Of a stretch of DNA of 64,000 bases, positions 14,050 through 25,670 are shown piece after piece. The stretch's first letter is position 1. Every line of letters begins with the position of its first letter. The stretch spans positions 42,968,001 to 43,032,000 of the forward strand of contig NC_087251.1 in NCBI RefSeq assembly GCF_037042905.1, given 5' to 3'. Both the position numbers and the translations under genes were made by a program. The notes beneath the pieces were generated by a model, which was not told the origin of the DNA, made no database searches, and was given only the letters and a program-made list of their open reading frames with translations. This stretch comes from Lytechinus pictus (lineage: Eukaryota).

Positions 14050-14205
14050 ACTATATCGCGAGAGGGCTAGCTCGGGAGACTATACTAGTACTAGTACTAG
14101 ACTCGCGTCATATCTCCCTGCTGAAGGAGGAGGAGTCAAGTGGGTGATTTGAAGTTACGGTGTCAATCTGTAGCTGTATTCTGAGGTGGTACTCATCTGG
14201 TGAGC
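14050..14205 (+). promoter_or_regulatory. Candidate promoter and non-coding first exon (possibly for mARC paralog 1)
   Basis: Locally CpG-rich patch with TCGCGAGA and palindromic ACTAGT repeats, followed by a good donor CTG|GTGAGC at 14200. The assignment is inference only. Confidence 0.25.
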
Positions 14206-15187
14206 AATTATTCATATCTATTCTGCTTATGAATATTCTTTCGTTGATAATATGCTCTCTTATTGTAATTTTCACGTATGACAGGGAGCACTTGGTCTGT
14301 CATTTCCCATTACATGCTTTTCCGAGTTAAAAGTTGTAACTTGTTTGCCCTACCTTATTATACCTACTTCTCTCTCAGGAGGCAAATCCAGCGTGTACAA
14401 TTATAGTGCGCACATATTTAATGGGGATATCACATTTCCGTGATACAGACATTGAAATAGCATTGGAGCTTAATTTCTGTTCATTGCGTGAGGTTGGTCC
14501 CCAAGTCTGCGCACCTAACAACTTGAGCTGAGTTCGGATTTAATATGAATTTCTTTTTATTTCACAAAATCTATGAGATAATAATGTTCCTCATTATAAT
14601 ATGAGTAAGTGTACCAAATATCTCATAAAAATTTGAAAGAAATATTTTCTTGGAAAATCCTCGGGCAGGTATTTCAGATAAAAAAAAAATGGTCTGGTTA
14701 GTTCCCCCAAGTCTGCGCAGTCCCCCTTGTCTGTGTATCTGCACGATTCTAGTAAAATAAGATACGCAACAAACACAGACTTTACACATGCAATACATTT
14801 GATTTACTTACTTGGATTTACTTGGAAGGATGTTGAGACGTTATACAAATAATGCATGCAGCCGAGTGCGTTAGTGGAAATGCAGAGCACGCGAGGTTTC
14901 TTTAGATAGGTGCCGCACTGTGCACGAGCCGCTGGCGGCAAGTGCCCAGCGTGCACCATCTGAAGAAACCGAGCTTTCTCTGCATTTACTTTTACGCACG
15001 ACAGAGCAAGTGCATTATTTGTTTTATAAAATAGCAACACAGAAACAAATTCTTGAAAAGTTACAGTAGGATGGGGGATCGGGTGTCCGGACACTTTATT
15101 ATATTTTTGAAGCCTTCTTTTTTGTCTTAAGATTACACTAAAAATATGAATTCAATAGTTGTAATCATCTTCTATTTTGTTCTCTAT

Positions 15188-18100
15188 TAATGTTGTAAAT
15201 CGGATCAAAAATCAGATCGAAAATCGGATCGGCAGTTAAGCTTCTAAAATCGAAATCGAATCGAAAATCGAATCGGCGATGTTTAAAAACAAAGGAATAC
15301 ATCAAAATGTTGTTCGCGGTCGCGCGCATCTTCCTGACAAAGTCACAAAGACGAATGCATTGGAATGGAAGTCGCCAACATGCGCGATCGTTTGGAACAT
15401 GTTTTAAAGCCAGTGGTTTTGAGGTGTTATTGCTTTAAAATAAACCGAGTGATTTTTATTAGAAAGATAAACGAAAGACGCATCTTCCAAGCAAAGGCGC
15501 AAAGGAAAATAAAATGAAAATATTTCTCATAGATCACAGGTTAATGAACGATCGGCGGGACATCTTTTAGAAGTATTTTTAGGTGCTAGCGATTTAGAAT
15601 TATTGGAATGATCTCTTACGACGCATCATCTTAAAGTCGCAAGTGCAATTAAAATGAAGTAGACGACGCAAGCACACACGATGATTTGAAATATGTTATT
15701 AAAATGTTTTGGGTAGCTAGCGTTTTCAAATCAATTTGAAGTTCACGGCGGGGTCCGCTATCACCACGAGGTTGAAGAGAAGATGTCTATCATCATAAAG
15801 GGGGTAAGAGAGTAGCGCAGTGAGCTCCGTCAGTAGCACGATCTTTAAAAGTTCACGGCGGGGTCCGCTATCACCACGAGGTTGAAAATAAAATGTAAAT
15901 CATCATAAACGATGTAAGAGAGTAACGCAATGAGCTCCGTCAATAGTACGACCTTTCAAAGTTCACGGCGGCATCCGCTATCACCACGAGGTTGAAAATA
16001 AAATGTATATCATCATAAACGATGTAAGAGAGTAACGCAATAAGCTCCGTCAATAGTACAGTCTTTAAAAGTTTCTGGCGGGGTCCGCTATCACCACGAG
16101 GTTGAAGAGAAGATTTATATCATTATAAACGATGTAAGAGATTAGCGCAGTGAGCTCCGTCGGTAATACGACCTTTCAAAGTTCACGGCGGCTTCCGCTA
16201 TCACCACGAGGTTGAAAATAAAATGAATATCATCATAAACGATGTAAGAGAGTAACGCAATGAGCTCCGTCAATAGTACGACCTTTCAAAGTTCACGGCG
16301 GCATCCGCTATCACCACGAGGTTGAAAATAAAATGTATATCATCATAAACGATGTAAGAGAGTAACGCAATAAGCTCCGTCAATAGTACAGTCTTTAAAA
16401 GTTTCTGGCGGGGTCCGCTATCACCACGAGGTTGAAGAGAAGATTTATATCATTATAAACGATGTAAGAGAGTAGCGCAGTGAGCTCCGTCGGTAATACG
16501 ACCTTTCAAAGTTCACGGCGGCTTCCGCTATCACCACGAGGTTGAAAATAAAATGAATATCATCATAAACGATGTAAGAGAGTAACGCAATAAGCTCCGT
16601 CAGTAGCACGATCTTTAAAAGTTCACGGCGGGGTCCGCTATCACCACGAGGTTGAAAATAAAATGTATATCATTATGAACGATGTAAGAGAGTAACGCAA
16701 TAAGCTCCGTCAGTAGCACGATCTTTAAAAGTTCACGGCGGGGTCCGCTATCACCACGAGGTTGAAAATAAAATGTAAATCATCATAAACGATGTAAGAG
16801 AGTAACGCAATGAGCTCCGTCAATAGTACGACCTTTCAAAGTTCACGGCGGCATCCGCTATCACCACGAGGTTGAAAATAAAATGTATATCATTATAAAC
16901 GATGTAAGAGAGTAACGCAATAAGCTCCGTCAGTAGCACGATCTTTAAAAGTTCACGGCGGGGTCCGCTATCACCACGAGGTTGAAAATAAAATGTAAAT
17001 CATCATAAACGATGTAAGAGAGTAACGCAATGAGCTCCGTCAATAGTACGACCTTTCAAAGTTCACGGCGGCATCCGCTATCACCACGAGGTTGAAAATA
17101 AAATGTATATCATTATGAACGATGTAAGAGAGTAACGCAATAAGCTCCGTCAGTAGCACGATCTTTAAAAGTTCACGGCGGGGTCCGCTATCACCACGAG
17201 GTTGAAAATAAAATGAAAAATCATCATAAACGATGTAAGAGAGTAACGCAATGAGCTCCGTCAATAGTACGACCTTTCAAAGTTCACGGCGGCATCCGCT
17301 ATCACCACGAGGTTGAAAATAAAATGTATATCATTATAAACGATGTAAGAGAGTAACGCAATAAGCTCCGTCAGTAGCACGATCTTTAAAAGTTCACGGC
17401 GGGGTCCGCTATCACCACGAGGTTGAAAATAAAATGTAAATCATCATAAACGATGTAAGAGAGTAACGCAATGAGCTCCGTCAATAGTACGACCTTTCAA
17501 AGTTCACGGCGGCATCCGCTATCACCACGAGGTTGAAAATAAAATGTATATCATTATAAACGATGTAAGAGAGTAACGCAATAAGCTCCGTCAGTAGCAC
17601 GATCTTTAAAAGTTCACGGCGGGGTCCGCTATCACCACGAGGTTGAAAATAAAATGAAAAATCATCATAAACGATGTAAGAGAGTAACGCAATGAGCTCC
17701 GTCAATAGTACGACCTTTCAAAGTTCACGGCGGCATCCGCTATCACCACGAGGTTGAAAATAAAATGTATATCATCATAAACGATGTAAGAGAGTAACGC
17801 AATAAGCTCCGTCAATAGTACAGTCTTTAAAATTTTCTGGCGGGGTCCGCTATCACCACGAGGTTGAAGAGAAGATTTATATCATTATAAACGATGTAAG
17901 AGAGTAGCGCAGTGAGCTCCGTCGGTAATACGACCTTTCAAAGATCACGGCGGCTTCCGCTATCACCACGAGGTTGAAAATAAAATGAATATCATCATAA
18001 ATGATGTAAGAGAGTAACGCAATAAGCTCCGTCAATAGTACAGTTTTTAAAATTTTCTGGCGGGGTCCGCTATCACCACGAGGTTGAAGAGAAGATTTAT

Positions 18101-18460
18101 ATAATCATAAACGATGTAAGAGAGTAACGCAGTGAGCTCCGTCGGTAATACGACCTTTCAAAGTTCACGGCGGCATCCGCTATCACCATGAGTTGGAAGA
18201 GAAGATATCTATCCCCTTAAACATTGCCATAGATAATACCGCGACTTTCTCCCTGAATAATGCGACCTCTAAATAGCTAGCACCTCAAAAACAATCTTGA
18301 AATATGTTCTGAGCGATCACGCACTGTAACCAGATCTACGCCGATTTTATATTTTCGATTTTTTCCTTCAAGGGGCATGATCGAAGATCGGCAAGTGATT
18401 GCCGATTGTGGTGAAATCGAATGGAATCGGTTGCCGATTGCAAAATCGGTTACAAGCTTA
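15188..18460. mobile_element. Non-autonomous hAT-like element carrying a 110-bp satellite array
   Basis: 8-bp TSD ttctctat at 15180-15187 and 18461-18468. Termini taatgttgtaaatcg / cggttacaagctta. Subterminal AATCG/CGATT repeats at both ends. Confidence 0.8.
15741..18200. repeat. Tandem satellite, 110-bp unit, about 22.5 copies
   Basis: gttcacggcg..ccgctatcaccacgaggttgaa..gatgtaagagagtaacgca..agctccgtc recurs at 110-bp period (15741, 15851, 15961...); two units are 111 bp. Confidence 0.97.
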
Positions 18461-18764
18461 TTCTCTATAATATTTTCTAAAATTTTGTACTAAAATTTGA
18501 TGGAACTTCGATTGTAATTTTTTCCAAATGACTTTCTAAAATTGATCGTCCGGACACACAACCTGTCCGGACACACAACATCTGGGTATACAGTTTTGTT
18601 GGACTTCTCCCGGAACTTCTACCGCACTGGTTTGCTTGAGCGTGCAATGTCAATTTTCGTTGCGCACCTTTTGTACCAAAAAAGTTGGGTGTCATGTGAT
18701 GCGTATTGGCCAATCGCGATGCTTGAAATAATACACCTATTTTATCAAAAGCAATAATATGCTT

Positions 18765-21390
18765 ATGACTATGTGCCCCTCGTTGAGTAGACCAAACGCT
18801 TCAGTCTCTGTATTTTGGTTGTTCCGCTGAACTACGTTGGCTCCACTTATGGTGAAATGTCAGAATTGTTAAGGAAATCCCCAGAAACGACGGTTATTCC
18901 TGTCTACTCGTTGAGTTTCTTATCTTTGGTAAGGTCTGTAGTTCAGAGGATGGTTGTGCCAACATTTTTCAAGTCTGGATTTGAACTGATTTAGACTAGT
19001 TGCACTAACAACTGACTCAGGCAGGGAATTCCAATTATTGCAGCTCCTCAATGAGAATGAATTTTGGCGAACGGCAGATCTGTATCTCTGCTTCCTTAGT
19101 TTCATGCCATGTCCTCTTGTACGAGAGCCATGGATTCGTTCAAAGAACAGATCAGCATCAACATTGTCTATCCCTCTCATAATCTTGAAGATCTGGATAA
19201 CTTCTGCCCTTTGTCTTCTGTATGCCAGGGTTTGTAGTCCAAGGGCTTTCAACATGTCGGGATATTCCAGATTTCAAAGATGGGAAAGTTGCCTTGTTGC
19301 CCTTTGCTGAACTTTCTCAAGTAGGTCTTCATCCTTCTTACATTTGGGAAACCAGACTGAGTTACAGTACTCTAATGTGGGTCTGACAATAGTTTTATAG
19401 AGCTTGAGCCAACACCTCTCATTCAGACTTGAAAAAGACCTCTTAATGATTCCAAGTTTGATATTGGCTCTCTTGACGACGTCAGCTACATGGTCAGCAA
19501 AAGATAGAGATGAGTCAAATACTATTCCCAAGTCCTTTTCATTTTTCTGTGAGGGGATTATATTCTCTCCATCCTCGCTAGAAATGGTGTAGCTAAACTC
19601 TGTCTTCTGTCTACCATAATACATTGTATGCACTTATTCACATTGAATTGAAGTTGCCATTTCGTTGCCCAGTCTGAGATTTCATGTAGATCATTTTGGA
19701 GATAGCTGGCATCACTTGAATTATCCACGATTCTGTAAACCTTTGTGTCATCAGCAAACAGCTTAACTCTTGATGCGACAGAATCGGGCAAGTTATTAAT
19801 GAAACACACAAAAAGAATTGGTCCGAGGACACTGCCCTGAGGAATCCCACTAGTTACTGGTTGTGACATTGATTTCCGTGAATTAACAATAACTCTCTGA
19901 CATCTTCCAGACAGGTATGCCTCTATCCATCTATGGACATTTCCTGTTACTCCATATGCTGCTAACTTGCTGAGGAGGCGTTCATGTGGGACTGTATCAA
20001 AAGCTTTACGATAGTCTTAAGTAAATACAGTCTATACTATGGCCATTATCAATAGCACAAGACCAGTCCTCTAAAACTTCTAGGAGTTGTGTTGCACATG
20101 ACCTTGCAGATCTGAAACCGTGCTGATCATTTGATAATAATTCATTTTCTTCCAGGTGTTGAATCAATTCCTTCCGCACTAGCTTCTCCATGATCTTGCA
20201 AACCACAGAGGTAAGGCTTACGGGTCTATAGTTCGCAGGGTCACTACGCTTTCCTTTCTTGAAGATAGGTATGACAAATGCCTCTTTCCATACTTTTGGT
20301 AAAGCACCCTCCTCCATGAGCTTAGTAAAAATTATCTGAAGTGGCTTGGCTAACTCATTATGCAGTTCCCTTAATACTCTTGAATGAATCCCATCCGGAC
20401 CTGCAGATTTATTAATGTCAATGCTTGAAAGCAGATTGGAAATATCCTCTGTATCAAACTCAATATTGGTCAGCAATTTATCAGTTTTACTTGTCACATC
20501 CGGTATGTTTGTCATATTTTCGTTGGTGAAAACACTGCCAAAAAAGGTATTTAGAGTGTCAGCTTTCTCCTGATCAGTCTTTGCCCACGTACCATTCTCC
20601 CTTAACAGATCTGAAATACCTCCTCTAGCTTTAGTATGGCTCTTGACATATCTCCCAAAACTCTTAACATTAGTTTTGATTTCATCTGCAATTTTAAATC
20701 TGACTTAGCTCTTTTAACTTCTGCAGTTGCTTTGTTCCTGAGGTCAACATATACATCCCAGTCTTCCTTAGACCTACTCTTCTGGTACCTGTTCCATGAT
20801 CGATGCTTACGAACTATTGCCTCCTTAGTATGGTGATTAAACCAGTCAGGTTGTTTCTTTACTTGTTTCCTTTTCAAAGGAACATACATATCTATACACT
20901 TATCCAAAACTTCTTTGAACAAATCCCAAGCCTCCTCTCCTGAAACATCAGTCAGATCTTCTTCCCAATCAATCTCTTGAAGAATTGATCTCATCTTGTC
21001 AAAGTCTGCATTGTAATAGCTTCTCATAAATGTTCTCTCCTCTTCATCCTCTCTACCAATTGATAAAAATAGTTTTATACAAACATGATCACTCTTCCCA
21101 ATTGGTGAGTCGTAAGCTATGTGTGAGAGTAACTCTTCCTCGTTTGTAAGCACTAGATCAAGCACACTGGGTATGGCTCCCTCTCTAAATCGTGTCGGTT
21201 GTTGAATATGTTGAAACAGATGCAAGTCGTTAATACAATCCAAAAATCTTGAGATGTCTTCATTGCTCGTAGTTGCACAATTTGAAATTGCATAATTGAA
21301 ATCACCAACAACTAGCAAATAATCATGAGGTATTAAGCATGCCTTTTCCATGAGGTTACACAGTTTACAATTGTTCTCACTGTTACTACA
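18765..21390 (-). mobile_element. 5'-truncated, frameshifted CR1-group LINE (partial APE endonuclease plus reverse transcriptase)
   Basis: ORF fragments contain VGDFN, LDLVLT and SDH (endonuclease); KSAGPDGI, NYRPVSLTS, QHGFR, GIPQGSVLGP and LFADD (RT); and a CR1-type C-terminus TRGH..KL...WNSLP..VV.A.SLN.FK.RL. It is split over five ORFs. Confidence 0.93.
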
Positions 21391-22421
21391 TAGAGAGATA
21401 TTCATTAAATATAAAAAAAATCTGACTCAAAATCATGAAAATGTTGGAAAAATAATGAATTTAGGGCATTTCATGTGACGGCCTCAAAATACAGGTTAGT
21501 ATACTAATACTAACCTCGCAATACGTGTGAGTGGCCTTTCTCATCAAAATCCCTGAATCGTGTGCACAGACGGTTTACTGACGGTTAGTCTAACATCACT
21601 TGGTCTAATCATCAGATGGGCTAACAACATTCGGGCTAAACCTAGCCTTGAAGACTCCATGATGATATTTTTAAATATTTTAACATATACTTCTTCATCA
21701 TGGAGCCTTGAACCGCTTCCTTTATATGTATAAGAGTATCAAAACAAAAATGAATTTCCCTAGGAAATCCATCTTTGTAGATAGAAATCATGTAAATGTT
21801 TGTAATTTTATTTATTTTTACACCTTCATACGCCTAATGCGTATGAAGGTTAAACAAAATTGGTTGATAAAAAGGTGAAAAATTGAAGGTTTCTTCCCAG
21901 ACCGATCTCGTGTAGATCCCTCGATCCGTTTGTCAACAAATCAAATACAATAGGTCTGACCCTTGAACCGCTTCGTTATGACGTACCTTCGATTAGCGAT
22001 GTTACAAAATGCCGTTTTGAAGAACAAGTTATAAATAAAAATTATTATTCAACAAATACAAAAATTTAATACTATTATTATTACTAATATTATTATTATA
22101 ATAATTATTCATAATCACATATTAAATTTTAGTATAATAATTATTCATAATCATTTTAGTATTGTTGAATGATAATGTCATGTTATATGCCGACCACTTG
22201 TGGCCAACATTATGTTATTCATGTATATTTAGTTGTGGTCTGGGCTTGGGGTACCATTTTTTTGTTCAATCTTGAAATGACTGACCGAGGTGTTTTCTAA
22301 GAAAATCATATTTCTTTCAAGTTTTTATGAGGTTTTTGGCACACTTGTAAGAATATAAAGAATATTATCAACTGAAAATTAGGTGCGCAGACATGCCCCC
22401 CCCTCCACACTACAAATATAA

Positions 22422-24730
22422 TAATGTTGTAACCCGCAAGTGAAAACCCGAACCGTACCGTCCCGTATAATCCAATAATTTGCAAGCGGGACCCGCTGAC
22501 CCGTCGGGTTTTAACCCGCAAGTCAATTTATCTTTGAAAAATGAAAATTATTTCTGCAATCCCCACACTATACAGGCTCAAATCAGGAAAATATATGCCA
22601 ACTACTAACATAGCCTAGAGTGAATTTACTTACAATTTGAAAATTCGCCTTTTATTCCGGAGAGAAAATGTTTTTTTGGGGTGACTTTGTACCACGAAAT
22701 GGGTCCGCTCTGATCTCGAAATTGAAAGCATTGCGCAATTAACTCCTCAGATCGGAGCCGCAGCTCAGCGCGCGCTAGCTAGCCCAGGCTGCCCAGCAAA
22801 GATCGGCAATGTTGTTTTTCAGTCCAGGACAGTCGACACGGCGACTCACAACAATAATAATTACAATATTCAATTCTATGGGACCTCGCTTATAAAGTAA
22901 TCAAAATTGAAATAAATACCTTGATAATGATACAGTCAATTTTTTCTTCTCGTATATCTCGTTATTATTTCCTTCTGCTTTTGCATTTTATTCGATATGG
23001 CCGCTGAAATTCGATATTCAGTTTCCCGTCGCCCGCCCGCGTTATGAAATTTGGACTGCGTTTAAAAATAAAATTCTGAAAATAATTCATTATTTTACTA
23101 TTTTGACATAGATCTAGATTCAGAACTGATATAAAACAATAATACAAGCTTTTCAGTCACAATTACTTGTATATCATGTAAATACCTGTAAATCTTTTCT
23201 TGTTTTTTCTTGTGAATGGAATGACACTGCATGCTCAACCATACCTCGAGCGATGTTCGTGCAGGCTCCACTCAACTTCACTTCTGCTAGTGCTCCACCA
23301 CGCTGATACCGGATGTAGCGGTAGTGAAGTGGAGTGGAGCCTGCACGAACATCGTTCGAGGTTTGGTTGAGCTACCTCAATAAATCCCATAGTCTAGTAA
23401 CCTCGCATTGGTGAGTTGTCATACGGCATAGTAACATCCAAAAATACTTATCTTATTTGCTAATTATAACTTAAAAATCATTTTTTTATTTTTGCAGGGG
23501 ATGAGGTAAATATCAGACAAAAAAATCATCAAACAAAGCTCAACCTGTTTTACAAGGCCGACGGGAGGCTCATGCACGTACGCATTGGCGCTTGTACTAG
23601 CTAGCCAGTCTGAGCTCTGTCTCTCTGCCAGAGCTCTGGGGGACAATTCGCTTTGTAAAGGCCTCAATGATGGTGATTTTATGTTTCAGACAGAGTTTAT
23701 ATTTCGGGAATATTATTCAAAACTGCCAATAAAGTTAGATGATTTCTTCATTGTCATGTATATTTAAGTTATTAATGAGTTCATTCTCACCAAATTTAAA
23801 TCCCCCATAGAGAAATGCGATTTTCGTGGAGATCTGCGTTTTCAAAGAACATCAGGAAAAGTTAGGGTATGTGGGCCTTTATTACATGGCCAAGTACTGG
23901 AATTAGATGGAGTAGAAATTAGATATTGAATTCATTTATATCCAAGTTCAACTCATAGTCACACCCATACAAACACACCCACATCCAAGATTCTAAGCAT
24001 GAAAAAATAATTTAAAAATCATACAATATTAAACAATAAGTAATAATTTAATAAGTGAACAGGTATTCCTCAAAATACAAAAACGTAGCATTTGAAAAGA
24101 GCCCCCGAAATGCAAAAAGTAGCCTCCAAAAGGTAGAAATGGAGCCCCTGAAATATTACAAAAAATTGAAAATGGAGCCCCGAAAAAAAATGATTGATTT
24201 GTTCCCTGGCTTCAAGACAGTTCCACAGAATAAAAGTGCGTTCAAAGGTTACAAAAGGTCAAACTTTCATCTTCTGGAAAATAATGAATAATGAAATCCT
24301 TATTATGAGCTGGAAAAAATGGGACGGGAAACTCAACATCGAGTTTCATTGGCCTATGCGTTTGCTTTTGACTCGACTAGACTGCGCTGCGCTGCACTGG
24401 CGCTCCTTAACTCGAAAGAGCAACTCGATGTACCGGTATTTATGTCGAACTGTCTCACTCTCAGTCCTGTTCACTGTTCACAAGACAAAAATACGCCGGC
24501 ATTTTTTTAAAAGGAAATATCTACGTCTCTAAAAGAATCCGCCACGTAAGAAGCACATGATCCTAACTCAATTTTCATTGTTAATGTTTTTATTATGCGT
24601 CGTTACTTCTCCCTTTTTTTCGCATGACGGTCTGCGGGTTTGAGAATGAACTCGGCCCGGCCCGCAACCCGCGATCGGGGGCATACCGGCAGGTTAACCC
24701 GTACCGCAACGGGTGCGGGTTACAACATTA
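22422..24730. mobile_element. Non-autonomous hAT-like element upstream of mARC paralog 1
   Basis: TIR taatgttgtaacccgca / tgcgggttacaacatta. 8-bp TSD aaatataa at 22414-22421 and 24731-24738. ACCCG/CGGGT subterminal repeats. Confidence 0.85.
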
Positions 24731-25670
24731 AAATATAATATGATTCAAAATTTCAGATCTATGTTGTGCAACTAAAGGCCACCGCACTCCTTACGATTGG
24801 TCTGCGACCCGATTTTGGATTAAAATGTAATAAAATTTTGATATGAATATTGAGACATTGAACATCCTACTGACTCAGTAGGCCTACAAAACATGTATTA
24901 AATTATAGTTCTAAATCGTCATATGAATACTTTTGTTTAAATTTGTGACTATGCTACTGTAGGGCTGTTATTTTGACATTTGGATTCTGTTTATATTATA
25001 GTTCATTTATTTACAGTTCCAGCTTTGGAATTTAATTCAGCTTTGTTTACATTATTTTTTATGCTTCTGTTGTCATCCATTTCCATTTGACTTTCAACCT
25101 GGGGCCCATTTCTCGACACCAGGTCTCAGTAACACAAAGGTTTGCAATCAATCGCTAAAGACCAATGACCAATCAAGGTCATTGTTGCATGCGCACTGAG
25201 CCGCACTCTCTGACCGGGAACCAATCAGTGCACTTTTTTCATATTTGCAATTCATTGCAAACCTTTGTGTTACAGAGCCCTTGTAGTCACATATATGTTT
25301 ATCCACCAACCAAAGAGTTAGCTCCAATCTTACTTAACCCAATTAACCAACAGATTTCGATACTATTGGCAGAAAGAGCAGACGAAACATAGCCTTAGTC
25401 ACAAAAAAGCATAATTTTCAAAAAGCAAACTTTGATAAAACTGCAATTATTGTGATGAATTTGGGAATACATCTAATGATTCTGATTTGCAATGGGTAGA
25501 CTCTTCTCGCTACATTTTCTCTATCCATCTGTAATTCCTTTTCATCAGAAAATAATAATTTGAGGTTAAAGTTAACTCAAAACTTTTATGATATCCATCT
25601 ATTAAACTGAATGTACTTTCTTTACCCATCACAGATTGGAAAGCGTAGTGTCACCAAGATACCGTGAATC

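Noticed and set aside
15741..18200. Regular repeat array as a CRISPR locus or repeat-coding gene (ORFs 17040-17264, 17481-17705)
   Set aside because: The whole 110-bp unit repeats with no unique spacers, there are no cas genes, and the context is eukaryotic. The ORFs are by-products of the repeat.
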